From positions 32,001 through 96,000 of the forward strand of contig BTVJ01000008.1 in assembly GCA_045863395.1 (NCBI GenBank): a stretch of 64,000 nucleotides of DNA, written 5' to 3'. A program made the translations under genes and the position numbers. Positions 28,973-38,782 of the stretch are shown here, in pieces. Below the pieces are notes generated by a model. That model saw nothing but the letters and a program-made list of their open reading frames with translations, was not told the origin of the DNA and did not search any database. Numbering within the stretch: position 1 is the first letter of the stretch; every line of letters starts with the position of its first letter. This DNA is from Myxococcales bacterium (GTDB lineage: Bacteria; Myxococcota_A; UBA9042; JABWCM01; BTVJ01).

Positions 28973-29014
28973 CTCCATCGTTACTGTCGCTCCAAGCGAG
29001 GACTCCGTCGCCTC

Positions 29015-29030
29015 TGGCCCGGTCCTTGCT
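29015..29030 (+). promoter_or_regulatory. Sigma54 (-24/-12) promoter of amt
   Basis: TGGCCCGGTCCTTGCT, GG-N10-GC, about 50 bp upstream of the amt start. Confidence 0.75.
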
Positions 29031-29077
29031 TTGCGGCCCCGCGGCCCGAGGGCCAACCACCCACAGAGGAGGCGCGT

Positions 29078-30538
29078 GTGACGACGAGACGGCTCGGGAG
29101 GCATGCAGTGTTGGTGCTGGCGCTGTGCGCGGGGGTGACCGCGGCGAGGCCGGCGCTGGCGGACGACGGCACGGACGTCAAGGTGATGCTCGATACCTTG
29201 TGGGTCATCATCGCGGGAGCATTGGTGTTCTTCATGAACGCCGGCTTCGGGCTCCTCGAGACCGGCCTCGTGCGCTCCAAGAACGCGGTGAACGTCCTCG
29301 CCAAGAACTTCACCGTGGCGGCCATCGCCGGACTCGCCTTCTACGCCGTCGGGTTCGGCCTGATGTTCGGCGATGGCACCCCGCTCCTGGGCCTCACCGG
29401 CTTCTTCCTCGGCGGCGCGGACACGAGCCCGGCCATGGGCGACGCCTACAGCGGCGTGTTCGGCTCGCTCGGGTGGGCCGGCGTGCCGCTCGAGGCCAAG
29501 TTCTTCTTCCAGGCGTGCTTCGCCATGACCGCCGCGTCCATCGTGTCGGGGGCGGTAGCCGAGCGCATCAAGTTCCAGTCCTTCCTCGTGTTCTCCCTGC
29601 TGCTCATCGCGCTCGTGTACCCGGTGACGGGCCACTGGATCTGGGGCGGCGGGTGGCTCGCCGAGCGGGGCTTCTGGGACTTCGCGGGGTCGACGCAGGT
29701 ACACGCCCTCGGCGGGTTCGCCGCCCTGACAGGCGCCATCGTGCTCGGGCCGCGCCGCGGCAAGTACGGGCGCAACGGCGAGGTGAGGCCCATCCCCGGG
29801 CACAACATCGCGCTGGCCACCGCCGGCGGGTTCATCCTGTGGCTCGGGTGGATAGGCTTCAACGCCGGGAGCACCATGGCGGCCGACCCTGCCGCCATCT
29901 CGCGCATCGCTGCCGCGACGGTGCTGGCGTCCTTCGCGGGCATCGTCGGCTCGCTGGTCGCCACGTGGGTCCGCGCCCGCACCTTCGACCTGACGATGAT
30001 GATCAACGGCTGCCTCGCCGGCCTCGTCGCCGTCACCGCGCCCTGCGCGTTCGTGTCGCTGCCCAGTGCCGTCCTCATCGGGCTCGTGGGTGGGCTCCTC
30101 GTCGTGCCCGCCGTCGTGCTCTTCGACCGCGCCCGCGTGGACGACCCGGTCGGCGCCACCAGCGTGCACCTCGTCGGCGGCATCTGGGGGACCCTCGCGG
30201 TGGGGCTCTTCGCCGAGGCGCGCTTCTCGGCCGACGTGGGTGACGGCCTGCTGTTCGGGGGGGGCGCCTCCCTGCTGGCGACGCAGGCCCTCGGAGTGGC
30301 TGCCGTCGGCGTCTTCGTGGTCCTCGCGTCCACCGCGCTGTGGCTGCTCATACGGCGCGTGATGGGCCTGCGCGTGGACGCCGAGGAGGAGTACCTGGGC
30401 CTGGACCTCGCCGAGATGGGTATGGAGGCCTACCCGGCAGACGGCGCCGGCCATCAGGTGGCGGGCACCAGCCGGCAGCCGGCGCCTGCCGCCAGCCACG
30501 CGCCCACGCTGGCGCGGTCGGCGGCCGAGGCCCCCTAG
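29078..30538 (+). CDS. amtB: Ammonium transporter (Amt family)
   Basis: GAGGAGG RBS + GTG; FFMNAGF..RSKN, SGAVAER, HWIWGGGWL, DFAGSTQVH, GWIGFNAGS, NGCLAGLVAVT, DDPVGATSVH (both pore His). Confidence 0.96.
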   Translation: MTTRRLGRHAVLVLALCAGVTAARPALADDGTDVKVMLDTLWVIIAGALVFFMNAGFGLLETGLVRSKNAVNVLAKNFTVAAIAGLAFYAVGFGLMFGDGTPLLGLTGFFLGGADTSPAMGDAYSGVFGSLGWAGVPLEAKFFFQACFAMTAASIVSGAVAERIKFQSFLVFSLLLIALVYPVTGHWIWGGGWLAERGFWDFAGSTQVHALGGFAALTGAIVLGPRRGKYGRNGEVRPIPGHNIALATAGGFILWLGWIGFNAGSTMAADPAAISRIAAATVLASFAGIVGSLVATWVRARTFDLTMMINGCLAGLVAVTAPCAFVSLPSAVLIGLVGGLLVVPAVVLFDRARVDDPVGATSVHLVGGIWGTLAVGLFAEARFSADVGDGLLFGGGASLLATQALGVAAVGVFVVLASTALWLLIRRVMGLRVDAEEEYLGLDLAEMGMEAYPADGAGHQVAGTSRQPAPAASHAPTLARSAAEAP

Positions 30539-31017
30539 CGGGGCGGCTGCTCCCCTTCGGGCCGTGCGTACTCGTAGGGGAGCTGCACGGCCTGTACTCC
30601 CGCCCGCGTCGCCTCGCTCATCACCGTGATGATGTGCTGATAGTCGGTGCCCTTCTGGGCGAGGATGGAGAGCCGCGTCTTCGGGTCCTTCTCCACGAGC
30701 GCCTCCAGCTCCTTGCGCAGCTCCTCCGCCGTGACCTTGCGCCCCTGGGCGGGTGGGCCGTCGGGGACGGGCGTGCCCCCCACGGCCAGGTAGAACAGGT
30801 CCCCCTCGCGGCTCACGTACACCGAGTTGCGCTCCACCTCGACCACCACCTCCTTGTGGGCGGCGGTCGGGAGGCGCACCGAGAAGGCGTGCTCCTTGCG
30901 CTTGAAGGTCGTGGAGATCAAGAGAAAGATGATCAGGATGAAGGCGGCGTCGATCAGCGACGTGATGTCGATGACGGCCTCGGTGACGCGCCCGCGGCTC
31001 CGGCGGCGGAGCTTCAT
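30535..31017 (-). CDS. exbD: ExbD/TolR biopolymer transporter
   Basis: IDITSLIDAAFILIIFLLI TM with conserved Asp; VRLPTA; ATGA overlap with exbB. Confidence 0.88.
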   Translation of the reverse strand: MKLRRRSRGRVTEAVIDITSLIDAAFILIIFLLISTTFKRKEHAFSVRLPTAAHKEVVVEVERNSVYVSREGDLFYLAVGGTPVPDGPPAQGRKVTAEELRKELEALVEKDPKTRLSILAQKGTDYQHIITVMSEATRAGVQAVQLPYEYARPEGEQPPR

Positions 31018-31646
31018 CGCGGCTCCCGCTCGCCGAGGGCCTGGTCGTCCACCAGCTCCAGGATGCGCAGCCCCTGCTCGGCCAGCTCGTGGGAGTACCG
31101 GTCCACGCGGCTCGTCAGGTAGCGGTACATGGCGTAGGCGGGGATGGCGACGCTCAGGCCGGCCGCCGTGGTGATCAGCGCCTCCCAGATTCCGCCCGCC
31201 AGCACGTTGATCTGCGGGTCGGGCTGGCTCGCCACGTCCTTGAACACCTTGATCATGCCGGTGACCGTCCCGAGGAGGCCGAGGAGCGGAGACACCGTCG
31301 CCACCGTGGAGACCACGTTGGTGAAGCGCTCCAGGTCGGCGATCTCCAGCTCTCCGGTCTCCTCCATGGTCTCCTTGATCAGCTCCCGGCGCTTGCCGCG
31401 GTGCTTGAGCGCCGAGGTGATCATGTTCGCGAAGGGGGAGCCGTTCTCCAGGCAGAGGCTCTCGGCCTCCGTGAACTTGCGCTGCTGCACCAGGGACAGG
31501 GCCGCCCGCACGAAGCCCGGCGGGATGACCCGGTGGCGGCGCAGGGTCCACAGGCGCTCCAGGAACACGGCGAGCGCCACCGCAGACGCCACCAGGATGG
31601 GGATCATCAGGACGCCGCCCTTCTCGAGCAGCTCGACCATGCTCAT
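31014..31646 (-). CDS. exbB: MotA/TolQ/ExbB proton channel protein
   Basis: GGVLMIPI, SPLLGLLGTVTGMIKVF, GGIWEALITTAAGLSVAIPA. Confidence 0.92.
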   Translation of the reverse strand: MSMVELLEKGGVLMIPILVASAVALAVFLERLWTLRRHRVIPPGFVRAALSLVQQRKFTEAESLCLENGSPFANMITSALKHRGKRRELIKETMEETGELEIADLERFTNVVSTVATVSPLLGLLGTVTGMIKVFKDVASQPDPQINVLAGGIWEALITTAAGLSVAIPAYAMYRYLTSRVDRYSHELAEQGLRILELVDDQALGEREPR

Positions 31647-33466
31647 GCAGATGCTTCCTGCGGGAGGGCCCGCCTGTCGTCGGGGTCGATGGGCAGGCGC
31701 ACCGTGAACGTGGTGCCCTGCCCGGGGACGGTCTCGTAGTCGATGGAGCCGCCGTGCTCATCGACGATCTTCTTCACGATGGCGAGGCCCAGGCCCGTTC
31801 CCGACTCCTTGCCGCTGGTCACGAAGGTCTCGAAGAGCCGGTCCTGGACCTCAGCCGGGATGCCGGTGCCCGTGTCCGCGAAGCGAAACACCACGTCGCT
31901 GCCGTCACGGTCCACAGAGAACACGAAGCGTCCCCCCGACGGCATGGCTTCCCGCGCGTTGCGTGCCAGGTTGAAGACGACCCGCTTCATCTTCATGTCG
32001 TCGAAGCGGGCGTCTCCCCTGTATCTCTCGTCCACCACCAGGTCGATGCCCTTGCCGGCGAGCTCGGCGGACAGGCTCTCGCTGACCTCGGAGACCCAAC
32101 GGTGCAGGAACACCTTTCGCACCAGCAGATTCCGCTCGCCGCGCGCGAAGGCCAGGATCTCCCGGGTCATGTGCCCGAGCAGCGCGAACTGCTTGAGGAT
32201 GCTGTCGTAGTAGGTCTGCCGCTCCTTCGGGTCGTCCTCGTGCGCCATGAGCTGGGCATAGCCGCTGACGATGGTCATGGGCGTCTTGAAGTCGTGGATC
32301 ACGCCAGAGAGCATCTGCCCGATGGCCGCGAGGCGATTCTGGTTGAGCAGCTCGTCTCGGGCCCGCTGGTTCTGCACGGCCTTGGCGACCTGCCCCGCGA
32401 TGAGCGTGAGCAGCTTCACGTCGTCCTGCTCGAAGGTGTCCTCACCGGCGACCCTCCCCCGCCGGTTGACGAGCTGGATGGCGCCGAGGATCTCGTCTCC
32501 GGTCGAGATGGGCACGCAGATGCCGGACCGCACCGGCGTGTCGCCCGCGGCCCCGGTGATCCACGCGGTCGCCGTGCCCGACACCCCGTCGTTGGCGAGC
32601 ACGTTCACGCCGGTGCTCGCGCACCAGCCCGCCACGCCCTGCCCGGGCTCCAGGCGCAGTCTCTGGGCCCCCGCGGTCGCCCCGCACGCCCGGAACACGT
32701 AGGTGTTGGCCTTGCGCTCCTTGATGAGGATGCCCCCCGACTCGGCGGGCACCGCCTCCAGCACCCGGTCGAGCACCCCCTCCAGGGCCGCGTCCAGGTC
32801 GAGCACGGAGGACACCGTCTCCTCGATGCGAAACAGGACGTCCAGCTCCTGCATCTTGCGGTTGAGCCGGTCCTGCGTGTCGCGCAGCTCCATGTTGCGC
32901 GCGACGGCGGCCAGGTAGAGCTTGGAGTTCTCGATGGTCACGGCCGCCTGGCTGCACAGGGCGGCGAGCAGATCCTCGTCCTCCACCGTGAAGTAGCCGG
33001 CGCGCTTGTTGAGCACCTGCACGACGCCGATGGTCTGGCGCCGGTAGTTGCGCATGGGCTGGCAGAGCATGGACGTGGTGCGGTAGCCGGTGCGCTGATC
33101 GATGTCGGGCCGGAAGCGCGGGTCTTTGTAGGCGTCCTTGATGTTCAGCGTGCGCCCCGTCTTCGCGACCCAGCCCGCCAGGCCGTCGCCGACCTTCAGC
33201 CGGAGCTCTCGCAGCTCGCCCGGGTCATCCCCGTTGCCCCCCTGCGCCACCTTCGCCCACAGCTCTCCAGTCGCCTCGTCCAGCAGGAACAGCGAGCTCC
33301 GGTCGGCGTTCAGCAGCTCGGTGATCTTCGCCAGCACCACCTCCAGCACCCGGTCCATGTTCAGCGTAGAGCCCAGCGAGCGGCTGATCTCCTGGATTCC
33401 GGTCAGGCGCACGTCCTGGGCGCGGAGGCGCTCCTCGAGCCTGGCGATGCGGTCCGTGTCAGCCAT
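31643..33466 (-). CDS. Cytoplasmic GAF-GAF sensor histidine kinase
   Basis: Two GAF domains (DAYKDPRF..GYRT..QVLNK..FTVED); H-box HDFKTPM; NLARNAREA; DTGTGIP; GTGLGLAIV. Confidence 0.93.
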   Translation of the reverse strand: MADTDRIARLEERLRAQDVRLTGIQEISRSLGSTLNMDRVLEVVLAKITELLNADRSSLFLLDEATGELWAKVAQGGNGDDPGELRELRLKVGDGLAGWVAKTGRTLNIKDAYKDPRFRPDIDQRTGYRTTSMLCQPMRNYRRQTIGVVQVLNKRAGYFTVEDEDLLAALCSQAAVTIENSKLYLAAVARNMELRDTQDRLNRKMQELDVLFRIEETVSSVLDLDAALEGVLDRVLEAVPAESGGILIKERKANTYVFRACGATAGAQRLRLEPGQGVAGWCASTGVNVLANDGVSGTATAWITGAAGDTPVRSGICVPISTGDEILGAIQLVNRRGRVAGEDTFEQDDVKLLTLIAGQVAKAVQNQRARDELLNQNRLAAIGQMLSGVIHDFKTPMTIVSGYAQLMAHEDDPKERQTYYDSILKQFALLGHMTREILAFARGERNLLVRKVFLHRWVSEVSESLSAELAGKGIDLVVDERYRGDARFDDMKMKRVVFNLARNAREAMPSGGRFVFSVDRDGSDVVFRFADTGTGIPAEVQDRLFETFVTSGKESGTGLGLAIVKKIVDEHGGSIDYETVPGQGTTFTVRLPIDPDDRRALPQEASA

Positions 33467-36161
33467 GGGCCTCACTCCACGTGCGCCCGGTGTAAACGTC
33501 GACCACCAGCGGCACGCGCAGGGTCGGGTCGACGCCCTCCATCTCTTCGCGGGCGACGGTCGTCAGGCGCTCGACCTCCCCCTCCGGCACCTCGAACACC
33601 AGCTCGTCGTGCACCTGGAGCGCCATGCGTGACGCGAGGCCCTCTGCCTCGATGCGCGCGGCTACGCGGATCATGGCGATCTTGATGAGATCCGCCGCCG
33701 AGCCCTGGATTGGCGTGTTGATGGCCATGCGCTCGGCGCCGGCGCGCACGTTGAAGTTGGTGCTCTCGATGTCGGGCAGGGGGCGCTTGCGGCCGATGCG
33801 CGTCGTGACGAGCCCCGTCGCGTGTGCGCTCGCCATGGTCTCGTCGAGCCAGGTGCGGACCTTGGGGTACCGGGCGAAGTAGCCGTCGATGTAGGCCTGG
33901 GCGTCCTGCTTGGAGATGCCCAGGTCGTTGGCCAAGCGGAAGGCGCTCATACCGTAGACGATGCCGAAGTTGATGGCCTTGGCGCGCCCTCGGATCTCGG
34001 GGGTCATCTCGTCGAGGGGGACGCCGAAGACCTCCGAGGCGGTGCGGGTGTGGATGTCCGCCCCGTCGACGAACGCCTGGATCATGCCCTCGTCGCCTGC
34101 GATGTCCGCCAGCAGGCGGAGCTCTATCTGCGAGTAGTCGGCGGACAGCAGCACGTGCCCCGGCGCGGCCACGAAGGCCTGGCGGATGCGCCGACCCGCC
34201 TCCGTGCGCACCGGGATGTTCTGCAGGTTCGGGTCGCTGGACGACAGGCGCCCGGTGGCGGCGACGGCCTGGTTGTACGACGTGTGGATGCGGCCTGTCT
34301 CGGGGTTCACGAGGCCCGGCAGCGTGTCGCAGTAGGTCGACTTGAGCTTGGAGCTCTGCCGCCACTCCAGGACCTTGGCGCAGATGGGGTGACTCGCGGC
34401 GAGATCCTCCAGCACCGACGAGTCCGTCGACCACCCCGTCTTGGTCTTCTTGCCCTTGGGCAGCTTCAGGCGGTCAAAGAGGATCTGACCGAGCTGCTTC
34501 GGCGACCCGACGGCGAAGCGCTCGCCGGCCAGGTCCCAGATCTCCTGCTCCAGGCGAGCCATGGCGAGGCCCATCTCGGTAGAGAGCGCGTGGAGCTGCG
34601 CCACGTCGAGCAGGATGCCGTGCAGCTCCATGTGGGCGAGCACCCGGCTGAGCGGCAGCTCGATGTCCGTCATGAGCGCCGCGAGGCCCTCGCGCTCGAC
34701 GATGGGGCGCAGGCAGTCCGTCAGGCGGGCGCAGACCAGCGCGTCCTCGCAGGCGTAGGCCGAGGCGCGCGGGATGTCCACCTCGGCGAACGTGATCTGG
34801 CTCTTGCCGCTGCCCGTGACGTCCTCGTACTTGATGGTCTTGTGGTTCAACCAGTCGAGGGCGATGTTGTCGAGGTTGTGCTGGTACTTGCCCGGGTCGA
34901 TGAGGTAGCTCGCGATCATCGTGTCGAAGGCGACGCCGCGCACCGTGACGCCATGACGCAGCAAGATCAAGTAGTCATACTTGTAGTTCTGACCCAGCTT
35001 CTCAACGGTCGGGTCCTCGAGGACCGGCCGCAGGGCGTCGAGGACCCGCTCCAGGGGGAGCTGGGGCGGGACGCCCAGGTAGTGGTGGGCGACGGGGATG
35101 TAGAAACCGAGGGTGGCGGTGGGCGCCAGCGCGATGCCCACGATGCGGGCGCGCACGGGGTCGACGGAGGTGGTCTCCAGGTCGAAGGAGACGCGACCCG
35201 AGGCGCGGATGGCGGCGACCGCCTCGTCGAGCTGCGCCGTGTCGAGCACGGTCACCTGCCGCTCCCGTGGAGCATCGGGCGCCTTGGGGGTCTCCGCGTG
35301 GAACTCCCGGATGAAGCCCTTGAACTCCAGGTGGCGGAACAGCTCCGTCAGCGCGGGGCGGTCGGGCTCGCTCACGCGCAGCTCGTCCCAGGTGACGGGC
35401 ACGGGGGCGTCGTCGCGGAGCGTGACCAGAGCCTGCGCCCGGTACGCGTCCTCCCGCCCCTCCTGGAGGCGCGTGAGGGTCGCACCCTTGAGGGCCGCCA
35501 GGTTGGCGAACACCCCGTCCAGGTCCCCGAAGTCGGTCAGCAGCTTCGCGGCGGTCTTGGGCCCGATGCCGTGCACGCCCTTGATGTTGTCGGAGGTGTC
35601 GCCGGTCAGCGCGAGGAGGTCACGGATCTGCGACGGCGGCACGCCCCACTTCTCCTGCACCCCGGCGACGTCGTAGCGCTTGTCGACCATGGTGTCGACC
35701 ATGGTCACGTGGGGGCCGACGAGCTGCATGAGGTCCTTGTCGCTGGACACGATGAACACGTCGATGCCGTCGGCCAGCGCGCGCCGCGTCAGGGTGGCGA
35801 TGATGTCGTCGGCCTCCCAGCCGTCGAGCGCCAGGTAGGGGATGCGGAGCCCCGCGGCGATGCGGGCAATGTAGGGCACCTGCGGGCGGAGGTCCTCTGG
35901 CATCTCGGCGCGGTTTGCCTTGTAGTCCGCGGACATCTCGTGGCGGAAGGTCGGCGCCGACGTGTCGAAGGCGACGGCGAGCAGATCGGGGTGCTCGTCC
36001 TTGAGCAGCTTGAGCAGCATGCTCGTGAAGCCATACAGCGCGTTGGTCGGCATGCCCTGGCTGTTGGTCAGGCTGCGGATGGCGTGGAAGGCGCGGAACA
36101 TGAGGTTGGCGCCATCCAGCACGTACAGCCGCCGCGGGCTGTCAGGGGCAGTGGTCGACAT
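33459..36161 (-). CDS. polA: DNA polymerase I
   Basis: 5'-3' exonuclease (LDG..FRAFHA, EADD, GDTSDN..GIGPKTA), 3'-5' exonuclease DLETT, TGRLSSSDPNLQNIP, DYSQIELR, KAINFGIVYG, QVHDEL. Confidence 0.99.
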   Translation of the reverse strand: MSTTAPDSPRRLYVLDGANLMFRAFHAIRSLTNSQGMPTNALYGFTSMLLKLLKDEHPDLLAVAFDTSAPTFRHEMSADYKANRAEMPEDLRPQVPYIARIAAGLRIPYLALDGWEADDIIATLTRRALADGIDVFIVSSDKDLMQLVGPHVTMVDTMVDKRYDVAGVQEKWGVPPSQIRDLLALTGDTSDNIKGVHGIGPKTAAKLLTDFGDLDGVFANLAALKGATLTRLQEGREDAYRAQALVTLRDDAPVPVTWDELRVSEPDRPALTELFRHLEFKGFIREFHAETPKAPDAPRERQVTVLDTAQLDEAVAAIRASGRVSFDLETTSVDPVRARIVGIALAPTATLGFYIPVAHHYLGVPPQLPLERVLDALRPVLEDPTVEKLGQNYKYDYLILLRHGVTVRGVAFDTMIASYLIDPGKYQHNLDNIALDWLNHKTIKYEDVTGSGKSQITFAEVDIPRASAYACEDALVCARLTDCLRPIVEREGLAALMTDIELPLSRVLAHMELHGILLDVAQLHALSTEMGLAMARLEQEIWDLAGERFAVGSPKQLGQILFDRLKLPKGKKTKTGWSTDSSVLEDLAASHPICAKVLEWRQSSKLKSTYCDTLPGLVNPETGRIHTSYNQAVAATGRLSSSDPNLQNIPVRTEAGRRIRQAFVAAPGHVLLSADYSQIELRLLADIAGDEGMIQAFVDGADIHTRTASEVFGVPLDEMTPEIRGRAKAINFGIVYGMSAFRLANDLGISKQDAQAYIDGYFARYPKVRTWLDETMASAHATGLVTTRIGRKRPLPDIESTNFNVRAGAERMAINTPIQGSAADLIKIAMIRVAARIEAEGLASRMALQVHDELVFEVPEGEVERLTTVAREEMEGVDPTLRVPLVVDVYTGRTWSEAHG

Positions 36162-36333
36162 GGGGTCACGTTCCTGCAGGGTTCACGGGGCCGCCCGGCG
36201 CGGCCGGGACCCTTTGTACCGCAGCACATCCCTCCAGTAAACCTGAGGCCGCTTCCGGTTTACGGCCGAAGCGAGCGGATGCTATGCTCCACCGGCCGCG
36301 TGCTCGGTAAGCGCGGGAGCACCGGAGGTCGAC

Positions 36334-36912
36334 ATGAGCGAGCGATCACAGACCGCAGTGATGCCGATGATGACCGTAGTGGGTTGGACGTTGACGCTCG
36401 CCTTGCTCTCTCTCGGCTGCAGCAAGATCGACCGGTCCGGCACCCCCCTGGAGCAGACGGGGCCCGCTCCGACCGCCACGGAGGAGCCCGCAGGCCCCGT
36501 CGGCGGCCCGCCCATCAAGCCTCCGGTCATCGGTGGCGACTCGCGCCCCGAGTGCAAGCTGAACAAGCTCGTCCGCGAGCCGGAGGAGGGCACGGCGGAG
36601 CACGTCGTCGCCGCGCTCTACGACGCGGCGGTCGCTCCCGACGACGAGGCGTCGTTTCAGCGCTTCTACGCCAACTTCCTGCCCAAGCACCATGAGGGGT
36701 GGGTCCGCGAGCAGTACTGGCCGCGGATCCGGCAGCACGTGGACAAGTACCTGCTGTCCCGCAGCCCGGTCACCTTCTACATCTGCAGGACCATGGACGT
36801 CACGGGGGGCATCAAGCTGTTCATCCGGTCCAACGACCCGAAGAAGAGCGACCCGCCCATTGCGCTGATGCGCACGCCGTCGGGCTGGAAGGTGGACACG
36901 TTCAGCTACTGA
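36334..36912 (+). CDS. Hypothetical lipoprotein
   Basis: GGAGG RBS; lipobox LSLGC; Pro-rich linker, then a compact domain ending SGWKVDTFSY. Confidence 0.7.
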   Translation: MSERSQTAVMPMMTVVGWTLTLALLSLGCSKIDRSGTPLEQTGPAPTATEEPAGPVGGPPIKPPVIGGDSRPECKLNKLVREPEEGTAEHVVAALYDAAVAPDDEASFQRFYANFLPKHHEGWVREQYWPRIRQHVDKYLLSRSPVTFYICRTMDVTGGIKLFIRSNDPKKSDPPIALMRTPSGWKVDTFSY

Positions 36913-36971
36913 GCGGGCCGACGCTTTCGTTTAGGCAATAAATTCAGGATATTGGGCAGGCTTGTGCCACC

Positions 36972-37000
36972 TTGACAACCTCCGGGGGGTCGTGTAGGCT
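36972..37000 (+). promoter_or_regulatory. Sigma70-type promoter
   Basis: TTGACA-N17-TAGGCT upstream of the kelch lipoprotein gene. Confidence 0.6.
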
Positions 37001-37053
37001 TCGGGCCGTCCGTTTGTGCAACAGGTTGAAATTCCAACAAACAAGGCAACTCC

Positions 37054-38778
37054 ATGGGACGTCTGATGAGACCCCCGGCGCGCTGGTCGACCCTCGCGGC
37101 GGCTGTAGCGGCGGCGCTGTGCCTGGCTTGCGGGTGTGACTACGGGGCGGGCGAGGGGGAGGCGACGTCGCCGGGCCTCTCGGTGACCGTGGGCGCCCTC
37201 AAGAGCTCCTGCGGCGCGAGCGACGCGAACCCCCTCCAGGTGGTCAACAGCATCCGTGTCTGCGGTCAAGCGCCCATACGGCTCGCCGACGGGGGCAGCG
37301 CGGTCCGAAAGCTCTTCGACCAGACCGTCGGGGTGGGCGCTGACGTGTCCATCGGGAATGTCCGAGTGAACGACCTGTACGAGGTCACCGCCGTCGGGCT
37401 CGTCGGCGGTCAGCCCAAGTACTTCGGGCGGGCGAAGAACGTGTCCGTCCGGGTGGACGCCGCGACGGACATCTCCTTGACCCTCGCCCCGTTCAACGAC
37501 GTCGCCTGCATCGACACCAAGCCGGCGGGCAACCCGAACCACCGCCTGTGGCCGGCCTCCGTGCGCCTGGCGGACGGGCGGGTGTTCGTGACGGGCGGCT
37601 TCGGCGGCATCACGACGGCCGGCGGAAAGGCGGAGCTGACCAACGCGTCGGACAAGACCTTCTTCTTCGATCCGCGCGACGGCTCCGTCGCCCTCGGGCC
37701 CACCTTGAAGCAGGGGCGCGGCGGCCACGCGGCCATCTTCGTGCCCACCGAGAAGAAGGTCGTGCTGATCGGCGGCGCCAGCAGGATGCCCTTCAGCGAC
37801 ACACCGGACCGCATCGGGCTCCAGTTCGACCCCCAGACGGCGCTCAACACGGTCGAGGTCATCGACGTGTCCACCAAGGCCGGGGCCGTGGTGGCGAGCG
37901 GCATCACGATGAAGTTCAAGCGCGTCTTCCCGCAGGTGGCGCTCATCGGGTCCGGTGAGGTGATCATCACGGGTGGCGGCGCGTGGCCCGAGGCGAACGC
38001 CGACTACAAGACGTCGGAGATCTTCGACGCGCGCACCGACGAGCTGACCTCTGCCATCACCGTCATCGACTTTGCTCCCCGCAGCGGCCACACGCTGACC
38101 TTCGTGAAGAACGAGACGGTCGAGAGCTCCACGGTGGAGATCTTCCTCGCCTGGGGCGGCACGACGGCGGACTCCAAGGCGGCGTTCCTGGTCAACACGC
38201 GCGGACAGCAGCAGGCCCAGCCGACCTTCGCGACCGCCAAGTTCACCGCCGACAGCGCGCCCCTGGATCGCACGTGGTTCCACTCGGTGACGCCGCTGTC
38301 CAACGACCGGTTCCTCGTGCTCGGCGGGGTGAGCAACACGGGCTCCAAGCTCGACAGGCTGGAGGCCGACTTCGCATGGCTGGCCACCTACGCGCGGACC
38401 GACAACGAGCGGACCATCAAGGTGGAGAAGCTGAGCGGCTTCCCCAACGGGCGCTGGGGCCACTCGGCTACGTCGCACGACGGGGCAGCGGCCACCATCA
38501 TCGGCGGCTTCACGAGCCTCACTGGCGACGGCTCCAGCTCTGTCGTGTACTTCGACGGGGTGAAGAAGGCGTTCTCGACGAGCCCGCAGCCCCCGTCGTT
38601 CGCGCCACGGGGCGGCCACGCGGCCACCCCTCTGCTCGACGACTCCATCTTCCTGGCGGGCGGAGTGCAGACCCCGGCGGACATCGGGAAGCCTGAGGTG
38701 ATGCTCACCGACGTCTACGTGCCGAACAACGTGAGCTTCTGCACGGCGCCCGTGCCGGCTGAGGGAGAGGAGCTTTAG
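37054..38778 (+). CDS. Kelch-repeat (beta-propeller) lipoprotein
   Basis: Lipobox-like LACGC; repeated R-x2-H...GG kelch units (RGGHAA..IGG, RSGHTLT, RTWFHSVT..LGG, RWGHSAT..IGG, RGGHAAT..AGG). Confidence 0.8.
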   Translation: MGRLMRPPARWSTLAAAVAAALCLACGCDYGAGEGEATSPGLSVTVGALKSSCGASDANPLQVVNSIRVCGQAPIRLADGGSAVRKLFDQTVGVGADVSIGNVRVNDLYEVTAVGLVGGQPKYFGRAKNVSVRVDAATDISLTLAPFNDVACIDTKPAGNPNHRLWPASVRLADGRVFVTGGFGGITTAGGKAELTNASDKTFFFDPRDGSVALGPTLKQGRGGHAAIFVPTEKKVVLIGGASRMPFSDTPDRIGLQFDPQTALNTVEVIDVSTKAGAVVASGITMKFKRVFPQVALIGSGEVIITGGGAWPEANADYKTSEIFDARTDELTSAITVIDFAPRSGHTLTFVKNETVESSTVEIFLAWGGTTADSKAAFLVNTRGQQQAQPTFATAKFTADSAPLDRTWFHSVTPLSNDRFLVLGGVSNTGSKLDRLEADFAWLATYARTDNERTIKVEKLSGFPNGRWGHSATSHDGAAATIIGGFTSLTGDGSSSVVYFDGVKKAFSTSPQPPSFAPRGGHAATPLLDDSIFLAGGVQTPADIGKPEVMLTDVYVPNNVSFCTAPVPAEGEEL

Positions 38779-38782
38779 GACC

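Noticed and set aside
33822..36695. 957-aa plus-strand ORF and similar long ORFs opposite metG, the histidine kinase, pepM and the fibre gene
   Set aside because: Antisense shadows of well-supported genes, with no motifs of their own.
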